64,000 bases of DNA, from contig NZ_CP157522.1 of assembly GCF_049075655.1 (NCBI RefSeq), positions 576,001 to 640,000 of the forward strand, read 5' to 3'. Positions 51,744 through 60,898 of this stretch are shown piece by piece; positions within the stretch are counted from its first letter, which is position 1; the number at the start of each line of letters is the position of its first letter. Below the pieces are notes generated by a model that saw only the letters and a program-made list of their open reading frames with translations, was not told the DNA's origin and made no database searches. This DNA is from Methanothermococcus sp. Ax23. Lineage in GTDB: Archaea; AGJL01; Methanococci; Methanococcales; Methanococcaceae. The position numbers were made by a program, and so were the translations under genes.

Positions 51744-53237
51744 ATGAAGGAAATTTTAGGATACATTATTGGAGAAACCACAAACACCGAGCTCTCATTT
51801 TTATCAGATAAAATTCCAGAGATTGGTAGTTATGTTTCTATAAAATACGACGATGGAAAGGAGATTCTTGGAATGATTGAAGGGGTAATACAGGGATGTC
51901 CAGTTTTTGAGGAAGTTTTAAATGTGGAGGACTTGTTAAAATTAAAAAAATTGGAAACTGATGATTCTTTTTATGTGATGGGTAAGATAAAGGTCTTGGG
52001 AGATATTGATAATAAGGAGATTCCAAGAGCTCCGCCAAAGCCGGGGACTGAGGTATATGGTGCTGATGAAGAGGTATTAAAAAAGATATTTTCAAATGGA
52101 CATATTGAAATAGGAAAGCTTATTTCAAAGGATGTTCCTGTTAAATTGGATGCAAATAAATTATGTTCAAGACATTTGGCAATACTGGCAATTACGGGGA
52201 TGGGAAAGTCAAATACTGTTGCTGTGTTGCTCTCTGAATTAAATAAATTAAATGCCACTGTGCTTGTGTGTGATGTGCATGGAGAGTATAAATACATTCA
52301 ATCCCACGACTCAAATAATAAATTAAAAACACATATTATAAAGCCAAAAATAAATATTTACAATATTAGTAGCAGTAGTTTGGCAGATTTAGCCGGCGTA
52401 GATGCTCAGGCAACAAAACAAAGACCTTATATTAGAAAGGCGATAAAAAATGTAAAAAACCGATACAAAGAAAGTGATTTCAATTCTGCGGAAGATTATA
52501 TAAATGAAGTGATAATCGAACTGGAATCATTCGCAGAAATCAATAAAAAAGATGCCGATAGCATTCAAACTGCAATTTTTAGATTGGAGGACATGTTGCA
52601 ATTTAAAAAGCATTTAATAGCTCTCCATTATAATCCAATAGACGAAATAAGAGAAAATCACATAAACATACTTTCACTTGAAAGCTTGGATGAAAACGAC
52701 ATGGATATAATTGTATCATACTTCTCAAAGGAGATATTGCGAGATAGAAAGGACTCTTTAAGAAACGGAGCTCCGAAACCTATATTTATAATCTTTGAAG
52801 AGGCTCATCTAATTGTTCCACAGAACCGAAATACAAAATCAAAATTATACATATCGAGAATAGCCAGAGAGGGTAGGAAATTTGGAGTTGGAATATGCCT
52901 TGTATCTCAAAGACCAAAGACCCTTGACCAAGAGTCGTTATCACAATGTAATAATTTAATAATTTCAAAATTAATCGAACCTTCTGACCAATCCCATGTT
53001 CAGCATGCCTCTGAAAATCTAAGTGAGGACCTACTTAAACAGCTTCCAGGGTTGAATGTTGGTGAGGCTGTAATACTTGGTCCTGCATTAAAGATTCCTG
53101 CAATAGTTAAGATAAATAAATTTAATGGAGAATACGGCGGAGAAGATTTAGATATTGTAAATATATGGGGCAATGGCAATAATAACCACAATAATGAAGA
53201 AAGGCTTTCGTCTGATGATATGTTTGGAGGTTTATAA
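51744..53237 (+). CDS. herA: HerA-family helicase/ATPase
   Basis: RHLAILAITGMGKS, DVHGEY, FEEAH, REGRKFG, SQRP; start ATG 51744. Confidence 0.88.
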   Translation: MKEILGYIIGETTNTELSFLSDKIPEIGSYVSIKYDDGKEILGMIEGVIQGCPVFEEVLNVEDLLKLKKLETDDSFYVMGKIKVLGDIDNKEIPRAPPKPGTEVYGADEEVLKKIFSNGHIEIGKLISKDVPVKLDANKLCSRHLAILAITGMGKSNTVAVLLSELNKLNATVLVCDVHGEYKYIQSHDSNNKLKTHIIKPKINIYNISSSSLADLAGVDAQATKQRPYIRKAIKNVKNRYKESDFNSAEDYINEVIIELESFAEINKKDADSIQTAIFRLEDMLQFKKHLIALHYNPIDEIRENHINILSLESLDENDMDIIVSYFSKEILRDRKDSLRNGAPKPIFIIFEEAHLIVPQNRNTKSKLYISRIAREGRKFGVGICLVSQRPKTLDQESLSQCNNLIISKLIEPSDQSHVQHASENLSEDLLKQLPGLNVGEAVILGPALKIPAIVKINKFNGEYGGEDLDIVNIWGNGNNNHNNEERLSSDDMFGGL

Positions 53238-53355
53238 TGAATATATAATATAATAAAATACATAATATAGTATTACAATATAATATAAAAAGGGATTTTA
53301 TAACATTGGGAGCTCCCATAAATAATTATATAACATAAAAAAAGAGGTGAGCTCT

Positions 53356-54210
53356 ACGAAGTGGGAAGTTACTTTTGACGGCATAACTTATGAATGCATC
53401 AATTGCGGATATTGTTGCAGTTGTAAAGATTGGAGAATATATTTATCATATTTTGATGCTTTGAAGTTAAAGGAATATGCAGAATATATTGAAAAGACAG
53501 AAGATATAAACGATTTAGGATTCAATAGACGATTGAAGATAAATGAGAGGGGATGCGTCCTTTTGAATAAAGACTATTTGTGCAATATCCAGATTAAAAA
53601 AGGATATGAATTTAAACCTGCCATGTGTAGATTATTTCCATTTAGTTTTATGGTCAAATGGAATGGAGATTTACTTTTAATAATTAAACATTACTGTAAT
53701 GGCATTAAAAAAGGAAAATGCGATGATAAAATAATTAAACATGCCATAGAATGCTGTGAAGAGCTATATCTTGATGAACTAAATAAAATAAGACTTATGG
53801 GCGTGGAATCTTCTGCAAAAACCAGATTGGATAACGATACATTAATCACATGGGAGGAGAGGGAAGAGCTCGGAAGGTATATTTTTGATAGTGGTAGTTT
53901 GGATGAGCTCTCTGAAAAATGTAGAGATATTTTAAAACTTGATATTTCCAACGACATATCAAATATATATAATAATATGAAAAAATTAAATCTCAGCAGC
54001 GAAATATTTATTAAAAATGAAGAAGAAATAATAAGATATTTAGGGGAACTTAATAAAAGGGAGCATTTTAGAAAACTAAATTTTAAAAAAGAAATATGTT
54101 ATTTAATAAATATCGGGAAAGAATTGAGCGGATATAGGAACATATTCAAAGGTGAGGGAATTATCGATTCAAAGATTTTAAATTATGGCATATACAACGA
54201 TATTTCGTGA
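53356..54210 (+). CDS. YkgJ-like cysteine-cluster protein (possible ACG start)
   Basis: CINCGYCC, KPAMCRLFPF; called GTG (53347) lies inside the SD. Confidence 0.8.
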   Translation, partial: TKWEVTFDGITYECINCGYCCSCKDWRIYLSYFDALKLKEYAEYIEKTEDINDLGFNRRLKINERGCVLLNKDYLCNIQIKKGYEFKPAMCRLFPFSFMVKWNGDLLLIIKHYCNGIKKGKCDDKIIKHAIECCEELYLDELNKIRLMGVESSAKTRLDNDTLITWEEREELGRYIFDSGSLDELSEKCRDILKLDISNDISNIYNNMKKLNLSSEIFIKNEEEIIRYLGELNKREHFRKLNFKKEICYLINIGKELSGYRNIFKGEGIIDSKILNYGIYNDIS

Positions 54211-54214
54211 AAAT

Positions 54215-54730
54215 ATGAAAAAAGAGCAAATAATCATCATAATCATAATGTCAATATTGGTAACAATACCTATTTTATGGGTTATTCAATATACTAATGC
54301 AAATGCAGCAGATGTCTTAAAAAAATATAACATATACGCTATAGAAACCAAAAAAATAAACAATAAAAATGTATCTATCGTATATCAAATTAAAAACCCA
54401 TCTCAGGATATAGCTCCAAATAATATTGACTCCAAAACCAAAGCTGAAATATGCTATATTACATGGTATGTATTTAATCATTATAATAATGTTGATGAAG
54501 TTCAAATAATTGCATATTATAATGACTCGGGCAAATTAAATGAATATTACAAATTTAAAATAGATAGAAATACTGCTGAGATATCGGGGCTTTTGAATGT
54601 TTCTGAAGCCGATATATCATCGGATGTATATTATTATTACCGCAAAATAATTAAACTAGGAGTGCTAAAAGTTAAAGATGTTAATATCCCATATTGGAGG
54701 AGGGTTGATTATGACGATAACACCAATTAA
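54215..54730 (+). CDS. Hypothetical membrane-anchored protein
   Basis: N-terminal hydrophobic anchor after ATG 54215; operon-like overlap with next gene. Confidence 0.65.
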   Translation: MKKEQIIIIIIMSILVTIPILWVIQYTNANAADVLKKYNIYAIETKKINNKNVSIVYQIKNPSQDIAPNNIDSKTKAEICYITWYVFNHYNNVDEVQIIAYYNDSGKLNEYYKFKIDRNTAEISGLLNVSEADISSDVYYYYRKIIKLGVLKVKDVNIPYWRRVDYDDNTN

Positions 54731-55277
54731 TGAAGAAGAAAAAATGAGTATTTTGGCAGGGCTTAGAAGCCGTGTGCCTGCTACAAAACTAATAACTTTA
54801 AAGAAAATTTCGGATATTGCAGATATGCATCCTGAGTCATTGCAATACCTAGATATGACTGATAAAAGGACAATACAGGAGATAATAGATTCAATTGAAA
54901 GGATATCCAGTATGGAGCAGGATAATGTATTAAAAAGGGAAGCATTAATAGCCCTTGGAAAAATAAAAAAAGCCTTGGGAACAAAATTTACCCGAGATTT
55001 AATAACCTGCAAAAATTGTGGTGAAATTATAGATTTAGGATGGGAATACTGTGCAAACTGCGGGTCTAATATCAATGATATGGAATTCAATGATGTAAAA
55101 AGATGTAAGAATTGTAATAAGAATATTTCTGAGGAATGGTCATATTGTGCCCATTGTGGAATTAGATTAAAAGAAAAGGAAGAAAAGAATTTAACATGCC
55201 CAAATTGTAGAAGACCTATTGACCCGTCATGGATGGTTTGCCCATATTGCGGACATAGACTCAAAAGGGTAAAATAA
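54711..55277 (+). CDS. Helical N-domain plus repeated zinc-ribbon protein
   Basis: Three CxxC...W..CxxCG repeats; ATG 54711 behind GGAGG. Confidence 0.8.
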   Translation: MTITPINEEEKMSILAGLRSRVPATKLITLKKISDIADMHPESLQYLDMTDKRTIQEIIDSIERISSMEQDNVLKREALIALGKIKKALGTKFTRDLITCKNCGEIIDLGWEYCANCGSNINDMEFNDVKRCKNCNKNISEEWSYCAHCGIRLKEKEEKNLTCPNCRRPIDPSWMVCPYCGHRLKRVK

Positions 55278-55288
55278 GAACATATTTC

Positions 55289-56095
55289 CTAATTTTTTAG
55301 AATATTTGATATAATACAAGATTCTTCTGTGAGCTCGATTTTCAATCCTATTTTTGCAGGAATTATATTAACATCAGTATTTTCCAATATATATTCGCAC
55401 TCTTTAATAGGGTTGGTCATTTTTAATCCCATATGATTCATAACCACAATTTCTGGCTTTTTAGCCATTCCATTTAATAAATCTATTAAATCATTTGAAC
55501 ATAAATGGCCTTTTATACGCTCATTTTTTTTCCTGACAACATTTGCCACAAGAACCCTCACCCCATTGAAATCGTCAATTAACGATTCCATAAACTCAGT
55601 ATCACTTGTGTATCCAATATCTCCCTTATTGGTATTTACCCTTACACCAATTCCGAAAGGATCTCCGTGTTTTGTTTTTGTTGCTGTTAAATTAACATCC
55701 AAAATATCCACAGAATCTTTTGGATTTAATAAATAAACTCTTTCAGGTTTTGATTGATGGTATTTAGATATTGCATTTTCATAATTTCCAAATCCTTCCA
55801 ACACTGAAATATTGCTTATTATATAACCCCTCTTTTTTATCATACCGTTTGTCATAGCCTCTATTATTACCTCAGCATCAGTATAATGGTCAGGATGGTC
55901 GTGAGATACAAAAACAGCATTTGTATTCCATGGGGATATTTTTAACTCACTCATCCTCACCAGAGCTCCGGGACCTGGGTCAATATGTAATTTTGTTTTT
56001 TCAGTATGTATTCTAAAACCGCCCGTTCCCTTATTCTGTGAAATGGTTTCCCATCTACCTCCTCCAGCTCCTAAAAATATTATTTCAACACGCAA
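55289..56095 (-). CDS. Metallo-beta-lactamase fold hydrolase
   Basis: DPGPG, SHDHPDH, YTSDT. Confidence 0.88.
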   Translation of the reverse strand: MRVEIIFLGAGGGRWETISQNKGTGGFRIHTEKTKLHIDPGPGALVRMSELKISPWNTNAVFVSHDHPDHYTDAEVIIEAMTNGMIKKRGYIISNISVLEGFGNYENAISKYHQSKPERVYLLNPKDSVDILDVNLTATKTKHGDPFGIGVRVNTNKGDIGYTSDTEFMESLIDDFNGVRVLVANVVRKKNERIKGHLCSNDLIDLLNGMAKKPEIVVMNHMGLKMTNPIKECEYILENTDVNIIPAKIGLKIELTEESCIISNILKN

Positions 56096-56176
56096 ATTAC
56101 CACATCCGATAATTATTTAAATTCAATAAAAATAAGGGATATTCAAATATAAATAAATTTTTAAAAAAATAATAAA

Positions 56177-56698
56177 TCAGTTATCTATATACTTAATATT
56201 TTCAAATATACCATTTACTTCTACAATTATATAGGGGGATGTAATTAGTATGGTATTATTATTCTGAATACTTTTATTTATATAGACCATTATACTATTA
56301 TTGCTATTTTTAACTATCTTTGTTATTTCAATGTTATAATCAATGGGTTTTTTTCCACCATATATTGCTATAATGGTTTTATTTTTGCATTTATCAATAT
56401 AATTATAATAATATTCTTTATCTTGCTTCCCATATTTTCCATATTCTACTATATCATATTCAATAGAGATGGGAAGTTTTGTTTTAACATTTGTATTATT
56501 TACATTAGTTGTAGAATTATTGCTAAAATGTTCCAAATTGCGTTTATATGTGTTATAATCTCCCATTTCAGTGTTGGTGTTGGTATTCTGAATATTTTTA
56601 ATATTCATCATATTATTAAAATCTAAACAGGCAGATAAACACACCATTGAAAAAATTGAAAATAATACCAACAGTTTATTTGTCTTATAATTTCCCAT
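56177..56698 (-). CDS. Lipoprotein with PrcB-C-like domain
   Basis: LSAC lipobox-like; GKKP..YNIEITKI and TSPYIIVEV motifs. Confidence 0.6.
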   Translation of the reverse strand: MGNYKTNKLLVLFSIFSMVCLSACLDFNNMMNIKNIQNTNTNTEMGDYNTYKRNLEHFSNNSTTNVNNTNVKTKLPISIEYDIVEYGKYGKQDKEYYYNYIDKCKNKTIIAIYGGKKPIDYNIEITKIVKNSNNSIMVYINKSIQNNNTILITSPYIIVEVNGIFENIKYIDN

Positions 56699-56711
56699 AG
56701 TATCCCAGTAT

Positions 56712-57518
56712 TCACTTTCCAAATCTTCTTTTTCTCCTTTGATAATCTCTAATAGACCTTAAAAAATCTATTTTTCTAAATTTAGGCCAGTATGTTTCAC
56801 AAAAATAAAGTTCAGAATAGCTCGATTGCCATATTAAAAAATTACTTATTCTTTCCTCACCAGAAGTCCTTATTATTAAATCAGGGTTTGGATATGGCAA
56901 ATGGGACGTATATAAATGTTTAGATATGGTTTCCATAGTTATATCTTCAACATCCATCTCATTATTTTTTATCTTCTGCCCAATCTTTTTTATAGCATCC
57001 ACGAGCTCCTGCTGACCTCCATAGGCAATTGCAACATTTACAAAATAATTATCATAATCCTTTGTTTTATTTTCCGCATAATTTATTGCTTCCCTAACTC
57101 TTTCTGGTAGGAGCTCTATTCTACCTATGGCTTTTATGCGTATTTTATATTTATGAATATCATTATCATCTGCAATTTTCCTAAATTCCTTTTCAAACAA
57201 ATCCATCAATTCATCAACTTCATCCTTTGGTCTATTAAAATTTTCCAGCGAAAATGAATACAATGTTATTATTTTTATATTTAAATCTACACACCATCGT
57301 ATAAACTCCCTGACCTTTTTTGCACCAATGTAATGACCCCTTGTAGGTTTATCCCCCAGCATTTTTGCCATTCGCCTGTTGCCATCCATTATAACCCCTA
57401 TGTGTTTTGGGATATTTTTTTTATTAATTTCCTTCTCAAGCATTTTCTCGTAAAATTTAAATATCCCCATATTATTAAAAAAATCGTAAATTTTAATGAA
57501 AAACAAATTCACCACCAA
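56712..57518 (-). CDS. uppS: cis-prenyltransferase (polyprenyl diphosphate synthase)
   Basis: IMDGNRR, FSLENFNR, RTSGEERISNF; exact start uncertain. Confidence 0.93.
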   Translation of the reverse strand: MVVNLFFIKIYDFFNNMGIFKFYEKMLEKEINKKNIPKHIGVIMDGNRRMAKMLGDKPTRGHYIGAKKVREFIRWCVDLNIKIITLYSFSLENFNRPKDEVDELMDLFEKEFRKIADDNDIHKYKIRIKAIGRIELLPERVREAINYAENKTKDYDNYFVNVAIAYGGQQELVDAIKKIGQKIKNNEMDVEDITMETISKHLYTSHLPYPNPDLIIRTSGEERISNFLIWQSSYSELYFCETYWPKFRKIDFLRSIRDYQRRKRRFGK

Positions 57519-57551
57519 ATCTTTAAATCTTTAAATTAAAGTTATTTAAAT

Positions 57552-58304
57552 TCAAATTCTAATATTTCCAGTTAAAAATTTTATTGCATTATAATATCTA
57601 TCCCAAGTTCCATTTCTACTGGTATCTATAAATTTTATATTGTTTTTATTTAAGACCACTGCACCGCATCCTTCAGTACCGCAGATTAATCCCAAACATC
57701 TAAAAATTAAGTTCCCAGAGATTCCATCAGGAGCTACAATTATATTGCATCCATCTTTTAGATATTCCTCTATTAATATGCCCTTATGTTCTATTACCAA
57801 ATTATTATATTTATTATTGATACATTTAACAATATTTTCACATTCATCTATTGAACTGCTGATTTTTTCACTTCTACCGTAATCTGAAAGTCTTCCCGCC
57901 GATAAAATTCCGATTTTCGGATTTTTAGTGTTAGTATTAATATTAGCATTAGCATTTAAAAAATTTATTGCATATTCTATTATATTTATTTTATCATTAA
58001 AACTATTATTATCATCTACTTCGTCAATGCCAACAGGAGAAAGTAAAAAATAATCATTTGTAAATGGGTTTTTTAAAATCGATGCCCTATAAAATTTTCC
58101 AATATGTTCTTTTAAATATGGTATAACATCAGAAGATGACAGCGTGCCTCTTATGGACCCATGCACTTTCTTTTTTACAGTTAATTCTACGAGCTCCTGC
58201 GGGTCATCTATTAATTCGACTTTTATATTTTCATCTATCAATTTATTGTATGCCTTTAAAATTTCCTCCTCATTGGTTTTGCCAATTCCCATCAAATATT
58301 TCAT
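57552..58304 (-). CDS. mtxX: Methanogenesis marker protein 4 / MtxX
   Basis: RGTL, PVGIDE, GRLSDYGR, PDGISGNLIFR, DTSR. Confidence 0.87.
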   Translation of the reverse strand: MKYLMGIGKTNEEEILKAYNKLIDENIKVELIDDPQELVELTVKKKVHGSIRGTLSSSDVIPYLKEHIGKFYRASILKNPFTNDYFLLSPVGIDEVDDNNSFNDKINIIEYAINFLNANANINTNTKNPKIGILSAGRLSDYGRSEKISSSIDECENIVKCINNKYNNLVIEHKGILIEEYLKDGCNIIVAPDGISGNLIFRCLGLICGTEGCGAVVLNKNNIKFIDTSRNGTWDRYYNAIKFLTGNIRI

Positions 58305-58385
58305 AGTTTCCCTAATATATAATTTAATTATTCAATTTGTAGTTAAAAGGATAATTTAGAATTATTTTAATTTTATTATTTTATT

Positions 58386-58715
58386 TTAATTTTTTATATC
58401 CAACTTATCTCCTACCTTTAAATCCAAATTACAGCTCTTCACTTCAATCATTGCATTTGAATAAACATTTGATTTATAGGTTTTCCATGGTTTTAAATTC
58501 TTAACAATATCCACAACTTTATTATCCCATAGAAAAATAACATCTATTGGATATTTCATAAAAAATGTGTGTATATGGAGCTTTCTTTTATTATAATAAA
58601 ATATAAGCCCCTCATTATGCCCTATATCTTTAAACATCAAACCAAAGGCTCTTTTTACAAAATTATCTGCAATACTCAAACGATATAGTTTATTATTTAA
58701 TTTTACCTTTAACAT
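58386..58715 (-). CDS. DUF192 family protein
   Basis: RAFGLMF, IHTFFMKYPIDVIF, LKPW. Confidence 0.85.
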   Translation of the reverse strand: MLKVKLNNKLYRLSIADNFVKRAFGLMFKDIGHNEGLIFYYNKRKLHIHTFFMKYPIDVIFLWDNKVVDIVKNLKPWKTYKSNVYSNAMIEVKSCNLDLKVGDKLDIKN

Positions 58716-59532
58716 AATCTACCTTTTTATAAGGGGTCGGTATGTATTGAACAGATGGTCTTTGGCTCACCGGTTGCTTATATAAATCAAACAGTCTATA
58801 AACCTTATTTGGAACCTCTGTATTTACTGATATTCCCAATTCCCTCAACTTTTTAACAGTTAATGGATAATCATGAGTCCATTTACCTGTTGAAAGTGTT
58901 TCTGCAAGCTCTTTTGCTTTTTCATCAGGCATTTTATCCTTTAATAAATCATATACAAATTCTTTTACCTGATTTATTGCCTTTTTGGAAATATCTGCAA
59001 GTATTAATGTTTCATCGTCGAGCTCATCGATATACTTGGTATTTGCTGCATTTAATATAGATGCCGCAGGATACTGCCCTATTTGCGGGTCTACTGGACC
59101 CATTACTGCATTCTTATCCATTATAATCTCATCTACCGCCAGGGATATTAAACTACCTCCGCTCATTGCATAGTGTGGTATTATTACGGTTGTTTTTGCC
59201 TTATGTTCCTTTAATGCCATGGCTATCTGCTCACTGGCAAGAACCAAACCACCCGGTGTGTGAAGTATTAAATCAATAGGCATGTCTTCGGGCGTCATTC
59301 TGATTGCCCTCAAAACCTCTTCACTATCTTCTATATTTATAAATCTATATAGGGGTATTCCAAAAAGAGCCAGTTGCTCCTGCCTATGTATCATTACTAT
59401 TACTCTAGCTTTTCTCTCCTTTTCCAATTCTTTGATACAATTATACCTTTGTAATAATTTCAGTCTAAACATGAATTGTGGATACATGAATAAAAATATA
59501 AAAAATATCCAAAAAAGACTTGATGGGTCCAT
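58693..59532 (-). CDS. SDH/ClpP-like serine protease (DUF114)
   Basis: LHTPGG, AMSGG, GPVDPQ, WTHDYP. Confidence 0.87.
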   Translation of the reverse strand: MDPSSLFWIFFIFLFMYPQFMFRLKLLQRYNCIKELEKERKARVIVMIHRQEQLALFGIPLYRFINIEDSEEVLRAIRMTPEDMPIDLILHTPGGLVLASEQIAMALKEHKAKTTVIIPHYAMSGGSLISLAVDEIIMDKNAVMGPVDPQIGQYPAASILNAANTKYIDELDDETLILADISKKAINQVKEFVYDLLKDKMPDEKAKELAETLSTGKWTHDYPLTVKKLRELGISVNTEVPNKVYRLFDLYKQPVSQRPSVQYIPTPYKKVDYVKGKIK

Positions 59533-59737
59533 AATTACACCACATGATATTAATGATTATTATACGCATCAAAATATATTTTATATTTATTAACCTTTAT
59601 ATTTATTAAATCAATAATATATATTTAACAATTACCTATAAATACAGAGCACATAAATATATACACTACTTATGTATATATTATATACACATAATATTCA
59701 TTATCATCATACATTATTACAAAATTGAGGTGTTCTA

Positions 59738-60856
59738 ATGAACAGAATAAATATAAACACCATCAAAATAAAGCCATTATTATCAGAACCTTCAAAATTA
59801 TCTGATGACGTTATGGCTTTAAAATATGTTATTATAGAACCTGCGGGATTTCCCATTAAAATAAATAGCGAGAACTTAAAAATCACTATTGACGACCCAA
59901 AATTATTCAACGTATATGCGAGAGAGCAGTGGGAAGGCGAGAGTGTAAAAGAAGGAGATTATTTATTCGATAACACAATTATTCCTGATTATGCATTTAA
60001 AGTAATCTCGACATACCCCAAAGAAGGAGGTATTATCACGCGAGACACTTTGTTTAAATTAAAAACAGCGAGAACCCACAACAGCAAAGAATTTAAAAAA
60101 GCAAGATTTGACGAAGTAATAGGTCAGGAAAATGCAAAGAAAAAATGTAAAATAATTATAAAATATCTCGAATGTCCAGAACTATTTGGAGAATGGGCAC
60201 CGAAAAATGTATTATTTTACGGACCCCCTGGAACCGGGAAAACACTTCTAGCAAGAGCTCTTGCAACTGAAACATATGTTCCACTTTATCTAATAAAGGC
60301 AACGGAGCTCATAGGGGAACATGTGGGCGATGGTTCAAAGCAAATTCAAGACCTATACAATAAAGCATTAAATGATAGACCATGTATTATATTTATAGAT
60401 GAGCTCGATGCCATAGCACTTAGTAGGCAGTATCAATCATTAAGGGGTGATGTCTCAGAGGTTGTAAATGCACTATTAACTGAGCTCGATGGAATACACG
60501 ATAATGAAGGAATTGTAACAATTGCAGCCACAAACAACCCTGAAATGCTTGACAATGCTATAAGGAGTAGATTTGAAGAAGAGATAAAATTCGAGCTCCC
60601 AAATGATGATGACAGGTTGAAAATTATGGAGCTCTACACAGAAAAGATGCCCATAAAAGTTAAGGCAAACTTGAAGAAATATGTTGAAAAAACAAAAGGT
60701 ATGAGTGGAAGGGATATAAAAGAAAAATTCTTAAAACCTGCACTTCACAAGGCGATATTAGAGGACAGAGGAGTCATTGAAGAAAAAGATTTAGATGATG
60801 CATTGAATAAATTACATGGAAATAAGAGAGAAATGCCTTTAAATCTATATGGATAA
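59738..60856 (+). CDS. AAA+ ATPase (archaeal COG1223 type)
   Basis: FGEWAPKN, GPPGTGKT, FIDELD, ATN, RSRF. Confidence 0.9.
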   Translation: MNRININTIKIKPLLSEPSKLSDDVMALKYVIIEPAGFPIKINSENLKITIDDPKLFNVYAREQWEGESVKEGDYLFDNTIIPDYAFKVISTYPKEGGIITRDTLFKLKTARTHNSKEFKKARFDEVIGQENAKKKCKIIIKYLECPELFGEWAPKNVLFYGPPGTGKTLLARALATETYVPLYLIKATELIGEHVGDGSKQIQDLYNKALNDRPCIIFIDELDAIALSRQYQSLRGDVSEVVNALLTELDGIHDNEGIVTIAATNNPEMLDNAIRSRFEEEIKFELPNDDDRLKIMELYTEKMPIKVKANLKKYVEKTKGMSGRDIKEKFLKPALHKAILEDRGVIEEKDLDDALNKLHGNKREMPLNLYG

Positions 60857-60898
60857 TAAAATATAAAAATAATAAGATATAAAAAATAAAAATAATAC

